Notes under the pieces: model-generated | What the model saw: the letters and a program-made list of their open reading frames with translations, nothing else | Told to the model about the DNA's origin: nothing | The model's database searches: none | Translations under genes and position numbers: made by a program | DNA from: Octopus sinensis | Lineage: Eukaryota | Assembly: GCF_006345805.1 (NCBI RefSeq) | Contig: NC_043020.1 | Span: 23,312,001 to 23,376,000, forward strand | Reading direction: 5' to 3' | DNA: 64,000 bases | Part shown: positions 27,480 through 41,207 of the stretch, piece after piece | Numbering within the stretch: the first letter of the stretch is position 1 | Layout of the letters: every line of letters starts with the position of its first letter

Positions 27480-27856
27480 CTACTCTAGGCACAAGGCCCC
27501 AATTTCTTTTCTTTATTCTTTTTTTGTGGAGTGGGGTGTAGTCGATTAGATCGACCCTACGTTCTGAGTTCAAATTCCGCCGAGGTCGACTTTGCCTTTC
27601 ATCCTTTCGGGGTCGATTAAATAAGTACCAGTTACGCACTGGGGTCGATATAATCGACTTAATCCTTTTGTCTGTCCTTGTTTGTCCTCTCTGTGTTTAG
27701 CCCTTTGTGAGTAGTAAAGAAATATATATCTAATTTGCCAACTTCGAAAGGATGAAAGGCAAAGTCGACCTCGGCGGAATTTGAACATTGAACGTAAAGA
27801 CAGACGAAATAAATACCACTAAGCATTTCGCCCGGTGTGCTAACGATTCTGCCAGC
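27480..27856. mobile_element. Partial group B SINEs in opposite orientation
   Basis: 27480-27725 (+) and 27745-27856 (-). Confidence 0.75.
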
Positions 27857-27916
27857 TAGGAATGAGCTAGGAATGAGAACTTGGGTTCTCATTCCTAGGT
27901 TCGAAATTTCCCCAAG

Positions 27917-27960
27917 ACACCTGATGAAGCCTGGAGGGTATATCAGTCGAAACCTTGTGT
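27917..27960 (+). ncRNA. Minimal hammerhead motif, partly degenerate
   Basis: ACAC-CTGATGA-A-stem II-GAAAC-CTT-GTGT; CTT where GTT would be expected. Confidence 0.5.
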
Positions 27961-28199
27961 TAACAACAAACAAAATGAGGACAAATATCCGTCAAATATA
28001 AATAATGTAAATAGTGTACATAATTCCTCGTCTCTTAAATATAGAACTGTATGAGATAACGATGCTGCGCACATATGGTTGTGATGCATGTACGTGGTGT
28101 ACCCTTATCAGACGTGTAGTCATGATGGGTATACTAGGTTTCGTATACTTTACTCTAGTGTCACTTTGATCGGAATGCACTGCTCTCTCACCCAAAATT

Positions 28200-28453
28200 A
28201 ATAATAATAATCCTTCCTACTAAGGTACAAAGCATGAAATACTAGAGATGGAGACTAGTCGATTACCTCGATTCCCGCGCTTGGCTCGTACTTACAGTAC
28301 CGATCCCGAAGGGATGAAAGGTAAAGTCAACCTCAACGGGAGTTGAACTCAAAATATGAAGCTAGAATTCTTGCTAATCAATTTGTTCGACGTTCTAGCG
28401 ATTTAACCAGCTTTACCACTTTAATAATGATAATGATGATGATGATGATGATG

Positions 28454-28523
<70 letters not shown>

Positions 28524-28722
28524 GTTTTAAAACAAGTTTTAAAACAAACATAATTTTCGTATGGTTTTTTTAGGCATTCACTAGTACAACCCTAAGTACA
28601 AAACCAAATATATAGCACCCTAGGCATAACACCACCATGAACTTCCAACTTGTTGTCTCTTGAGGTCTCTGGGTGAGACTTGGAGCCAACTTGTACAAAT
28701 GTAAAGCAAAAGTCAAACATAC

Positions 28723-28778
<56 letters not shown>

Positions 28779-28985
28779 TTTCAAATTTTGGCACGAAACC
28801 AGCAAGTTCGTGAGAGGAGATAAGTCGATTACATCGACACCAGAGTTTAACTGGTACTTGTTTTATCGACACTGAAAGGATGAAAGACAATGTCGACCTC
28901 GGCAGGGTTTGAACACAGAACGTAAGTTCGGACGAAATGCTACAACGTTTTTTTTTCCGTGTGTGCTAACGATTCTACCAGCCAA
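28200..28985 (-). mobile_element. Degenerate group B-like SINEs with (AAT)n tails
   Basis: 28200-28410 and 28775-28985 resemble reverse group B and adjoin (GAT)n/(AAT)n tracts. Confidence 0.65.
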
Positions 28986-29313
28986 TTCTTTAAACCAAAA
29001 CGTTTAACGTAATCCCGTTTAAACATTTACGTCAATTTCCTATTGTTGTTGTTTTGAAGAAAAACAGTAAAAATTACCAATACATCCGGTGTAAATTGCA
29101 GCCCTTGGATATAAATCGATAATGTAAATGGGAGACGACAATCTTGTAAATGAGGTAAATCATACTTAAGAAATTCAATTTCGTATAAACGTGCATTAAA
29201 TTTTGTAAAACTGAATGAATGTGCATAATTGTGTTCTCCCACGATGGAAGGATAAATGAATTTTGAAGAGGCGTCAAGATAGGGAAAATAATATTTGATA
29301 TATTATATATATA

Positions 29314-29351
<38 letters not shown>

Positions 29352-29356
29352 TATAT

Positions 29357-29411
29357 CTAAGAGATTCCTATGATGGAAACCTCTAATGTGTTTGAATGTA
29401 CACTGTAATAA

Positions 29412-29448
<37 letters not shown>

Positions 29449-29513
29449 ATATATATATATTACTGTGTACATTCAACACATTAAGAGGTTTCCATCATAG
29501 GAATCTCTTAGAT
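29357..29513. repeat. Inverted repeat, ~55-bp arms around (TA)n
   Basis: CTAAGAGATTCCTATGATGGAAACCTCT / AGAGGTTTCCATCATAGGAATCTCTTAG. Confidence 0.9.
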
Positions 29514-29525
29514 ATATATTATCAA

Positions 29526-29570
<45 letters not shown>

Positions 29571-30271
29571 GCACATATGTGTGTATAATATAATTTACAC
29601 ATACATATATACATACATATATATATGTATTTATGTTTATATATATGCGTATATGTGTGTATGTATGTATGCATGTATGTATGTATGTATGTATGTATAT
29701 AAGCCATATTGAATCTATTTCTGTTCAATACTGGGAGATAGAAAGAGGAAAAGTGAAAATTAAATGTTTATGCTTATAATTGAACAAAAGGGCATAATCT
29801 AAAGAAATGTAAAACGAATTAAGAAAGTATATGTCGATCAGATGTGATTAAACGCATTGGGGGATGGTGGAGGCGGAAGTGTACAAGAGATATCGGTGAA
29901 CTAAGAAAAAAGCATTCAAATTTGCATGTAAGGAATCTTTAGAAATATTGTAGCAACCTAAAGAACACGATAACTAATGTAATTTTGAACGAACAATAAG
30001 CAATTTAATTTTAAAATACTGATATAAATCTAAGAGGTTAAAAATATAAATGAATCAAATTAAGAAACTCAAAATTTAAACAAGTATTAAAAAATATATA
30101 TATTTAAGGAACTTGTACGTTTAAACTTAAGAAGATGCGTTAATTATGAGAAGTTTAGAGTAAAATTGAAAGTGGAAGAAATGAAATAGGGAAATAAACA
30201 TGGATGATGATAATACTGCTACTACTACTACTAATAATAATAACAACAACAATAATAATAACGATAATAAT

Positions 30272-30505
30272 AATCCTTTCTACTCTAGGCACAAGGCCAG
30301 AAATTTTGGAGGAGGCGACCAGTCGATTAGATCGACCGCAGTACGCAAATGGTACTTAATTTGTCTACCCCTAAAGCATGAAAAGCAAAATCGACCTCGG
30401 CAGAATTTGAACTCGGAACGTGACAGCAGACGAAATACCGCGACTGGCGAAATACCGCTAAGCATTTCGCCCAGCGTGCTAGCGACTCTGGCAGCTTACC
30501 GCCTT
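30272..30505 (-). mobile_element. SINE group B-like
   Basis: Reverse group B head ending CTGGCAGCTTACCGCCTT. Confidence 0.7.
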
Positions 30506-30507
30506 AT

Positions 30508-30509
30508 AT

Positions 30510-30585
<76 letters not shown>

Positions 30586-30757
30586 GTAAGAAGAAGAAGA
30601 AGAAGAAGAATGAGGGGGAGGAGGAGAAGAAGAAGAAGAAGAAGAAGAAGAAGGAGAAGAAGAAGAAGGAGAAGAAGAAGAAGAAGAAGAAGAAGAAGAA
30701 GAAGAAGAAGAAGAAGAAGAAGAAGAAGAAGAAGAAGAAGAAGAAGAAGAAGAAGAA
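30508..30757. repeat. (AAT)n followed by (GAA)n
   Basis: Directly visible. Confidence 0.95.
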
Positions 30758-30861
30758 TATGCAATGATTGTAGAGGAGAGACTCATGTCAAAAGGAAGGG
30801 TTAACAAAAATATGTTAGTAATATTTCAAACTAGGAAGTAATAATATTAACAACAGCAGCA

Positions 30862-31128
30862 ACCTGCACTCCACCGAACAACCCGTGATTAACGTGCAAG
30901 TAGCTGAGCACTCTACAGACACGCGTACACTTCAGGGGGATTCATTGTGACAGAGAATGTGTCAAGCCTGGCCCCTTGGAAGTGCAGATTTTATTCAGAT
31001 TTGCCAGCTGACTGGACCGGAGCAGCGTGAAATAAAGTGTCTTGCTCAAGGACACAACACGCCGCAAGGAATCGAACTCGCGAACTTACGAACGTGAGCC
31101 ATATACCTGAACCACAAATCCACGCGCT
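30862..31128 (-). mobile_element. SINE group C (C2 + T1), degenerate
   Basis: Similar to 219-531. Confidence 0.7.
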
Positions 31129-31493
31129 ATGAGGTATATGTAAAAAGATCGTTTTGGAGATTACTGCATTTATCTAGGATGGAAGCGTGGATAGGAATAC
31201 AAAGAATTAATAAGTGAGAATATGCAAATAACAGAAATTGGAGAGGCGAAAAGTAAGAGGGATTTAGAATAAAGCGTACGTTTTAAATTCTATACATAGG
31301 TTTAATAGTGAGATGTTTAAGATTGGAATTTAATTAATACGAAACATACTCGAAATAGCCTCTTGTGCAAGTTGGAAAGAAAAGCAGTGAAAATAATAAG
31401 GTGAAAGATAAGTTCTGAATAAATATGATTTTGCAGTAAATAGATGCTATCCGTAGATAAGAGCCAATGCAATCATATACATACATACATACA

Positions 31494-31553
<60 letters not shown>

Positions 31554-31567
31554 CTTATATATATATA

Positions 31568-32060
31568 TACTAGCAGTATCGCCCGGCGTTGCTCCGGTTT
31601 GTAAGGGAAATAACTATATAAGCATTTTTAGAGAGTTACTTCCCTAATAGATGCCAATTCGGGCTTTCTTAGCCATTTCTGTTTTGGTGTCTTCAAGCCA
31701 TGAAGTCGTTGTTCTAAAAGAACGCTGGTCTCCTTGACAACGTTTTACGACGTTGATTTCCTTACACTCCCTTCCCCACAGCTTCACGAGGGAGGGAAGA
31801 AGGGGGAGAAGCAAACAGGTGCAGGTGTGACCATGGACGCCAACTCCGCCGCCATCGACACACGAAAAATTATGCATTAAAATGGAATAAAAAATAATGT
31901 CAAATTATTTTTAAAATCGTAGACTCATCGTAGACGCGCGCTAATACTCAGACGGGCTCGATATGAATCACGACTATAAGATACCCGAATTTGGTTAAAC
32001 TGCACCGCAAAATGTGGGAGGAGTTAGGAATCTAAATCGAAGGGTTCAGACACTCACACA
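31568..32060 (-). mobile_element. Non-autonomous Helitron-like element (3' end at 31568)
   Basis: ACTAGCAGTATCGCCCGGCGTTGCTCCGGTTTGTAAGGGAAATAACTAT is the reverse complement of the 3' end at 6760-6812. Confidence 0.6.
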
Positions 32061-32061
32061 A

Positions 32062-33190
32062 CTACAGTTTGTCTGTCTGTGTGTCTGTGTGTCTGTCAGG
32101 TTGTACCCTCACCCTGACCATGGCTTTCAACCGATTCTGATGAAACTTGACACACACATAGCCCAATGTCATAATTCAAAACTAACGCAGCGAAAATTTT
32201 GAAAAGTTCCCCCAGTTCTGAAAGAAATCGATAAATTCGACATGGGGTCGAGAATCTAAGCTTTTTATATGCAACACATTTTCTGTTGTAGTTTTCGCAA
32301 CTTGCAATAGATTTTCACCAAACTCATGGTGAAGCTTAATGTTACCCTAAGAAACTTATTTCTGACGTTAGTTTTCCATGCAATACCTTACCATCAGAAA
32401 AAAATTGATAAAATCATGCCATTTTGGGAAATCGCGTTCAAATTCAAAATGACATATTTTCGACAATATCTTTCACAAATTGGCAGGAATTTTTTTTTAA
32501 ATTCACAGCGAGCATCATGTCTGCTCCAAGGAGCTATATGGCCCTTTTTATTCCAATAGGATACTTTATTACTGGAAAAAATCGGTTAATTAAATCATAT
32601 GTGGCACACATAGCAAACCGATTTGTGTATTAAACACAAACCACAGACTGTCTAAGGGACGCAACTCGACCTTTTTAACTCTCGGAACACGTGGGGTAAG
32701 TATCCCAAAATGTATTAAAATGTACAAAAAAAGCGGGCAGCAATGTGAGTGACAACAACGAAAACGTCAAAAGTGACCAAACTGAACAAACGAATGGAAA
32801 AAGTTGGAAAAAGCGGTTTATAATAAACCAAGAGTTTGCAAGTAGCGTTCGAGGACCCTTAGGGTACGTCAAAAATTTAAAGTAAAACGTTTGGGGTGGT
32901 AGTTATAAAGAAAGTGTAAACAAAAAAAGTATTCGAATAACTTGCAGCTGCAGCAGCTATTAGCAGAAGTATCGGTGTTGGGGGTAAAGTCTCGAATGTA
33001 ATTTCTTCCTGGTAGGAATTGGTTGGGTTGAATTATCGATAGCTGTTTGATAGTTATTTGGGAGTGAAGAGAAGACATTGCAACCTACACATGCGCCTTC
33101 GTTCCCTAGAGGGAAAGGACTAGATTGGGATTAGTCGTTGCCTACTAGCAGCTCTTACATACCCGGGCAACGCCGGGCTATGCTGCTAGT
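32062..33190 (+). mobile_element. Non-autonomous Helitron-like element with extra internal segments
   Basis: Shares the 5' core with 6435-6690; ends CCCGGGCAACGCCGGGCTATGCTGCTAG|T. Confidence 0.6.
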
Positions 33191-33998
33191 GTATATATAA
33201 ATTAGAAAAAAACACCTTTTATCAATTCAAAATGAACAATTAAATTACTCCCTCTAGAAAATTACATATAATAGAAATATTAAAATTAGAATAACAATAA
33301 AATGCCGAAGATTAAGTAAATTGCAAAAAAAAAACGTAATTAATATATATACATATATATACATACATATATAGTAAAATTTCTTTGTGTATTGTATAGG
33401 CAGTAGTTTTAAGTGCTCAGAGAGAAGCCTCAGACGCAAAATATGAAAACGTCGCCATAGGACCAATTTGAATTCTTTTACTAATGTAAAGTATAAATTT
33501 TCTACAACCCTGTCCGCGTATATACAAGAACTTAAACTAAAACATATACAATACTCATTATCTTGGTCTGTAATAGCAGAAGCTCTTCTCCCCACCCCGC
33601 TACAAGACAATTACGTGTGTATGAAAATTGTGTATTAGAGAGTCCACGAATATTCTACATCATTAAATAAATTCTCGGATGTTATGTATTCCTGTAACCA
33701 TAGATACCGTTCAACATTTAAATATTTTGATAAACCTCAATAAATTAACCTTTAAACTTTTAATTATCTATATTTCACGTAATCTTCATTCTCCTGCCAC
33801 TCTGTAACTTCATCTTGATCAATTATTACCTGATTAATATTTCAAACATTTGCAAAATTGTATTTCCCATAATTCCTGCTATATCATTTCCTCTTCCTTT
33901 TAAGAAGTGCATCTCCCTTTATAACTAAATTTTATCTACCCATTAACAACATTGTATGAAATAAGAATCCTCAACCTATTTGAACTCTCTTTAACGTT

Positions 33999-34052
<54 letters not shown>

Positions 34053-34054
<2 letters not shown>

Positions 34055-34230
34055 CCATGATAGATCGTTAGCCACTACACACATTTTTTTTCTCTGTGTC
34101 CCTTTCTGTAGAAGAGTGCAGGCTCGAAACGTAAAAGACTTTTTCTATTCCTGAGCGTTATATTTATACATCTGTTTGTTTTGTACATCACTTGTCTTCG
34201 TCTTTTTTTTTCTCGTAAACTCTCCCTATA
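34053..34230 (+). mobile_element. Repeat family D with variant hammerhead (34102-34137)
   Basis: CTTT-CTGTAGA-A-GAGT gcag GCTC-GAAAC-GTA-AAAG; flanked by (TA)n. Confidence 0.65.
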
Positions 34231-34252
34231 TATATATATATAATATATATAT

Positions 34253-34345
<93 letters not shown>

Positions 34346-35754
34346 GATACATGTAATTGGTAGAACTATATGCATGCTCAATCTCTTGTGGACGTATCGT
34401 GTATAATTCTGCAAATTATATTTTGCTAAGACGATCACACTGATAAATTGCGGACATTTACGTAAGTATTACGTAAATGGTAACAGTGAAACGAGGTATG
34501 TAATTAATCTTTATATTTTGTATCTTTTCATTTGTCTTGCTCGCTTGCGTTCTGGCGACTGCTGAATTTTCTAGAGAACAATCTTTTCTCAGTGGTCAGA
34601 CCATGTGGGGTCTACCTCTAGCATAATGTATGTCCACTTATTGGTCCTCCCTCTTGTATGTATGTAATATAATTTTTCTGAATCTTCAGATTTTTCAATA
34701 TGCTAGTCCACTGATTCTAAATTTTTCACCCTTATTATTCAAAGGTGAGGATGGAAATTCAATACAACCTGATACATAAGAATGTGGATGAAAACGTTCT
34801 TAAAGTTTATTGCTATTTACAGACATTTATTGGAGTAGCAACAGTTAAATTCAATGAAGAGTTATACGAAGTAAAGTTTCTTTTTATAGTTCTACCGGAA
34901 ACCTCATTTGATATAACCCTCTATTTAACTTAGTTTTGCTGCACCAAAAACTTGTTTTAAACAGTGCATGATATAAACGTAGGAAGCAGAAAGATTAACA
35001 GAGAGAGAGACTGTGTGTGTATGTATATGGGGGAAAGAAATACTAAGGAAGCAAGCCGTAGTTACAGAGTGAAATATAAAGATTTAAAGAGAAAAATAAA
35101 TAGTTTAAAGCGGCGTAATGTTGATTTAGAAATAGTAAGAAATTATGGAGATAATTTTTTTATGCAACAGAGAATTGATAAATTTGATTACGTAAGACTA
35201 GAAATTGATTTTGAAATGTTATTTTGATGTGGAGATGTGGTTAACGAAAATGATGTCGCGCAACTCAATAACAAATCTTAACTAAATTTATGTTATAATA
35301 ATAGAACACGTGAAAATGTCACATAATTCGTTGTCTGTGATAATACTCTGTCTCTTTAAGGTAGCGTATAAGGTAGCGTATTAGCGCTAGTCATACATTC
35401 AACAAGTTATAAAATAATGTAGTTTATGGATCAGTACACTGCAAAATTTCCTTTACTCTCATGAGTAATAGCATTATTTAGATATGACTTAGAAGTTTAA
35501 TCTCAACAATTCACTTTACATAGTCCATTGGTTATATGTCACCTTTCCAGAAAAAGAGACCAGGAGAGGGGAAGAGAGAGGAGGAGAGAGAAAAGCAAAC
35601 CTAATTGTTATGTTTTGTCTAGTAATTAGTGCATTGATAAATCAAACACTTGAGGCGCAACCTTGGCTGTGTGGAGTAGAAGATGCTTCTCTAAAAAGTG
35701 TTTGTGAGCTCAATTCCAGTTTGCTAGAAAATTGCCCGAGTGTAACATTTTAAC

Positions 35755-36174
35755 CTTTTACCCGTTTACTTGTTTCAGTCATTTGACTGCGGCCATGCTG
35801 GAGCACCGCCTTTAGTCGAGCAAATCGATCCCAGCAGGAATTATTCTTTGGAAGCCTAGTACTTATTCTATCGGTCTCTTTTGCCGAACCGATAAGTTAC
35901 GGGGACATAAACACACCAGCATTGGTTGTTAAGTGATGTTGGAGGGAGGGTCACAAACACAGACACACAAACATATACACACACATACATATATATATAT
36001 ACATATATGCGACGGGCTTCTTTCAGTTTCCGTCTACCAAATCCACTCACAAGGCTTTGGTCAGCTCAAGGCTATAGTAGAATACACTTACCCAAGGTGT
36101 GAAGCAGATGGACTGAACCCGGAACCATGTGGCTGGTAAGCAAGCTACTTACCACACAGCCACTCCTGCGCCTA
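35755..36174 (-). mobile_element. SINE group A, full length
   Basis: Reverse complement of group A. Confidence 0.88.
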
Positions 36175-36339
36175 ATTTCATTCGAGATCGACGAATGAAT
36201 TTTTGACGAAATTCTTTCTAGTCTCCAATTGTTTGCGGAGGGCATTAGGGGTAACCTTCCACTCGGATGAATACAGCAGTGAATGCGGTTAATAGATCCT
36301 GAACAGTTGCAATGATTCCCAACAGATGGCGTGAGTCCT

Positions 36340-36565
36340 GTTTGAAAAAAGAAGAAGAAGAAGGAGAAGAAGGAGAAGAAGAAGAAGGAGAAGAAGAAGA
36401 AGAAGAAGAAGAAGAAGAAGAAGACAGCAACACTAGTAGCAGCAACGGTAGTAGCAGCAACGGTAACAGTAGCAGTAGTAGGAGTAACAACAACAGTAGT
36501 AGTAGTAGTAGTAGTAGTGTAGTAGTAGTAGTAGTAGGAGGAGGAGGAGGAGGAGGAGGAGGAGA
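36340..36565. repeat. Compound (GAA)n/(AGC)n/(TAG)n/(GGA)n tract
   Basis: Directly visible. Confidence 0.9.
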
Positions 36566-38456
36566 GGAAAAGTGGAGGACAGCGCATCATATTCACAGCT
36601 CTAAATATGCATCTGTTCGTTGACAGAGCATCGCCAACCACCACGGCAGGCTGTCACGTCCTGTACATGATGTGTTTCTCGAGGTGGGCCGGGAGAGAGT
36701 GTCTGTTGTCAGACTCGCAAGTCTCAATAGGCATAAATAATTATTAGTGAAAGCATCGTATTGTGTTGCTAACTCACACTCGCTCGTGGATGACAGCTGG
36801 CTCTGTTGGTTGTCTTAACCCTTCTGGCTGTCTTAACTGCAGTAAACTCTAAATCAGTACCGACAGAACGGGTCTATGATTAAATTCCTTCTATGAATGA
36901 ACATCCTATTTTCCTATCGGTCATTACGTGCATTGATCTACTGTATATAACGCATGTTTCCATTTCCAAGACTGTAGGGCGTATTTCGAAGTATATTTAG
37001 CTATTATTTATAGCAAGTCATGCGACCAATTAATGCCCTCCATGCTGGCACACGTAATAAAGCGTGATGTGAGTCATTCTACCAAAGTACAAATTGAGTG
37101 AACTGTAAACGCAAACGCAACGACATAACCGGATTTAAATATGTATCAGCTTGCAATATCTTAAAGACTTGTGAAATAAAATGTCGCGTAGTTGTTGAGC
37201 GAATTCATTAAGAAGAATTATGTACGTTATTTGGATCGCTTCCAGTGCTTTTAAACACCTTTATTTCCGTCCGGAATCTAGTACGCTACATGTCACAAGA
37301 ATAAATAACAATTATATACTGAACATCATTATAATACTCAACCATGTTTATGGTCTTCTGCCAAAAATAGGAGAAATCGATATTTTGATTTATATATATA
37401 TTATTTATTTGTTTCTTTCTTTTTATAGTGATATTAAATATCCACTTATTTCTATATGAATAATTAGAGCTCTTCGATTCGCAGGAATTTAATCCAAATA
37501 CTGCATTAAGCCCTTTTCTGTCGTTACATGTGTTGCAAAAATAGAATGAAAATTATTATAATTCACTCTTATCTGTGAGTATTGTGAAATACGGCGTTGT
37601 TTAATGTGGATGAAATTAGATGCAAGAGTATGGAGATGTAGCGAAGGCGTGTGGTATGACCTAGATGCCTGGCGTTAGACTAACGATATCAAGAACGAGG
37701 TTTCGATAACCGAACGGGGTGGTACGCTGTTTTCTTGAGCATAACATCTAAATTCACGTTGCTTCAGTTTAACCTTGCAATGAACTGGCGTACCGTACCG
37801 CTCGGTATGACTGTTGTATTTTCGGTTACTTAAATATGGAAAGTAAGTAACCGACCTTAGGAGCAGCCAGTGGTATATATGTTTATACACCATACACAAA
37901 TACAAGTATATCAAATATATCAATGTATCACCATGCTGACCAGACCATCGGGTGACACTTATCTGACCATATCGGTGGTCAGAATGGTTTTTCAATTCAT
38001 TCTTGATTGCGCCATTCTCTTCCATCTTATGTGAAATCGTTTAAATATATCGTCTTCCCATTCTTGTGGACGAGTTCCGAGGGGACCTTCTCAATTTCTT
38101 GAATACTACTACATGGGTCCACATGTTGTCTGTGAAACTTGTCACATGTAGCTGCGGATCATGTTGTTCACACGATTCCAATCTCAAATTATTTCATTTC
38201 GGATAAGCTCTCGCAATGATATTCCTACGATGAATTTCTGCATGGCATTTTGCATCGGAGTCAATCGTTTTTCTTCCCTCTTCTTCGCAATAGCCTACAT
38301 CTTACTTATAAGAACTACACAGCGATATCAATCGCACGCACACATACACACATAATTCGTCAAAATTAGAGGTTCACTAAGCTTAATCTATAATATTTTC
38401 TGCTAGAAGCACAATGCCTCAAATATGGCGGAAGGGATTAAGCGGAAGGGATTAAG

Positions 38457-39110
38457 GCAGTGAGCTGGCAGAATCGTTAGCACACCGGGCGAAATGCTTA
38501 GTGGTATTTCGTCTGCCGTTACGTTCTGGGTTCAAATTCCGCCAAGGTCGACTTTGCCTTTCATCCTTTCGGGGTCGATTAAATAAGTACCAGTTACGCA
38601 CTGGGGTCGATATAATTGACTTAATCCGTTTGTCTGTCCTTGTTTGTCCTCTCTGTGTTTAGCCTCTTGTGGGTAGTAAAGAAATAGGAAGGGATTAAGT
38701 TGATTTCATTGACACGAGTGAGTTTCCGGTACTTATTTAATCGACCCGAAAAGGATGAAAAGCAAAGTGGAATTCGGTGGAATTAGAACTAGGAATGTGG
38801 CGACAGGCAAAATATTTATTTCTTTACTACCCACACGGGACTAAACACAGAAGGGACAAACAAGGATAGACAAACGGATTAAATCGATTATATTGACCCC
38901 AGTGCATAACTGGTACTTATTTAATCGATCCCTAAAGGATGAAAGGCAAAGTCGACCTCGGTGGAATTTGAACTCAGAACGTAACAGCAGGCTAAATACC
39001 TATTTCTTTACTACCCACAAGGGGCTAAACACAGAGAAGACAAACAAGGACAGACAAACGGATTAAGTCGATTATATCAACCCCATTGCGTAAATGGTAC
39101 TTATCTAATG
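38457..39110. mobile_element. Cluster of group B SINEs (+ copy with 13-bp TSD, then - copies)
   Basis: GGAAGGGATTAAG at 38444-38456 and 38687-38699; reverse copies at 38815-39110. Confidence 0.8.
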
Positions 39111-39130
39111 TGTATATATATATATATATA

Positions 39131-39231
<101 letters not shown>

Positions 39232-39319
39232 GTACATATATATATATATATACATATATGTGTATATATATATATGTTTATATACATATATATATATGTA
39301 TATATAAATACATATATTT

Positions 39320-39480
39320 TCTTTATTTTCGCTCCTTTAATCTCTCTGCGTTCCTTTCTGTGGAGGAGCGTAGGTTCGAAATGTTAAGAGCTTTTCCACT
39401 CCCCGAGCGTTAAACTAATACAATTGTTTGTTGTCTACACCACCTGTCTTCAACTTTTGGTTCTCTTTGTGAATGCTCCC
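39320..39480 (+). mobile_element. Repeat family D copy, variant hammerhead (39354-39388)
   Basis: CTTT-CTGTGGA-G-GAGC gtag GTTC-GAAAT-GTT-AAG. Confidence 0.55.
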
Positions 39481-39534
<54 letters not shown>

Positions 39535-40061
39535 ATATATATATAGATACATAGATACATAGATACATAGATAGATAGATATGAACGAAATATATTTGTG
39601 CCATACAAACAGATACATAGATGCACAACTATATTATAATAGCAAAACCTGTGTACGTCTATGCGTTCGAGACGGTGCGTGTGTTTGCGTGAACGCGTGA
39701 GTAATATACACAAAATATAAAATAAAAGCAACAGTGATAAGCTATGATGTCTCTATATACGCCACTTTCAATGTTCGCCGTTTTTCCTGTTTATCAAGGC
39801 GGAAATTAGACCTTTAGTCTAAAATAAAGTTTACATAAGCAGAAGCCTTTGTTGACAATAAAATGTCGCTTGTTTAACTGTAACTGATTTGTCTTTCGGC
39901 AATTACCCTTTTGTCTTCTTGTCTGACCAAGATTCTAAATACTTTGTAATGTCCCTATATGTTCATATATACGCACACATACTCCCGTACATGCACACAT
40001 AGAAAACTATACATACACACGCACAGATATAATTATGCGTTTATATATATATGTATATATA

Positions 40062-40473
40062 TAGGCTTAGGAGTGGCTGTGTGGTAAGTAGCTTGCTTAC
40101 GAACCACATGGTTCCGGGTTCAGTCCCACTGCGTGGCACCTTCGGTAAGTGTCTTCTGCTACAGCCTCGGGCCGACCAAAGCCTTGTGAGTGGATTTGGT
40201 AGACGGAAACTGAAAGAAGCCCATCGTATATATATGTATATATATATATATAATATATGTGTGTGTGCGTGTTTGTCTGTGTTTGGTCCCCCCAACATCG
40301 CTTGACAACCGATGCTGGTGTGTTTATGTCCCCGTAACTTAGCGGTTCGGCAAAAAAGAGACTGATAAAATAAGTACTAAGCTTACAAAGAATAAGTCCT
40401 GGGGTCGATTTGATCGACTAAAGGCGGTGCTCCAGCATGGCCACAGTCACATGACTGAAACAAGTAAAAGAGT
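40062..40473 (+). mobile_element. SINE group A, full length
   Basis: Matches group A. Confidence 0.88.
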
Positions 40474-40487
40474 ATGTATGTGTGTGT

Positions 40488-40788
40488 GTAGGCGCAGTTC
40501 CCCAGTGGTTAAGGCAGCGGACTCGCAGTCGTAGGATCGCGGTTTCGATTCCCAGACCGGACGTTGTGAGTGCTTATTGAACGAAAACACCTAAAGCTCC
40601 AAAAAGGGTCCGGCAGGGTTTGGTGGTGATCTCTGCTGTATTCTTTCTCTCACTCTTTCTTCTGTTGGCCTGCTCGCGTATCCAGCGGGCTGGCGTCATT
40701 TGAAGGCTAAATCAATGCGAAGCACATTGTGACCAGCGATGTGTAGCAACATCTAATAGCCTGGTCGGTCACGGTGATCACAGTGATA
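40488..40788 (+). mobile_element. SINE group C (C1 + T3)
   Basis: B-box GTTTCGATTCCC; tail shared with 51323-51628. Confidence 0.8.
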
Positions 40789-40904
40789 TATATATATATA
40801 TGTGTGTGTGTGTATATGGAGAATTCACAAAAAAAAGACAAACACAGGTGGTGTAGACAACAGATGCATTAATTTAACGATCGCGAAAATATAAATGCGC
40901 CCTT

Positions 40905-41141
40905 TTAAAGCCCATCAAGGCTCATGGGCCCGGTTTCCCGGTTTCTATGGCATATGTGTTCCCTAGCTGGACGGGACGCTAGACCATCTCAGCGTTACTC
41001 ATTTTTGCCAGCTGAGTGGACAGGAGCAACGTGAAATTAAGTGTTTTGATCAAGAACACAACGCGTCGCCCGGTCCAGGAATCGAAACCACAATCTTACG
41101 ATCATGATGGTGACACCCTAACCACTAAGCCACGCACCTCC
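40905..41141 (-). mobile_element. SINE group C (C2 + T2)
   Basis: C2 head with the tail found in 16416-16716. Confidence 0.8.
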
Positions 41142-41207
41142 ACACATAAATATATATATACATATATATTATTACATATTATTTTTTATATAATATTCTA
41201 TAATATA

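Noticed and set aside
36072-36644. 190-aa ORF and overlapping acidic/Ser-rich ORF
   Set aside because: Built from compound trinucleotide repeats plus SINE sequence.
37900-38300. Possible very old mariner C-terminus on the minus strand
   Set aside because: No intact diagnostic motif; the resemblance is too weak.
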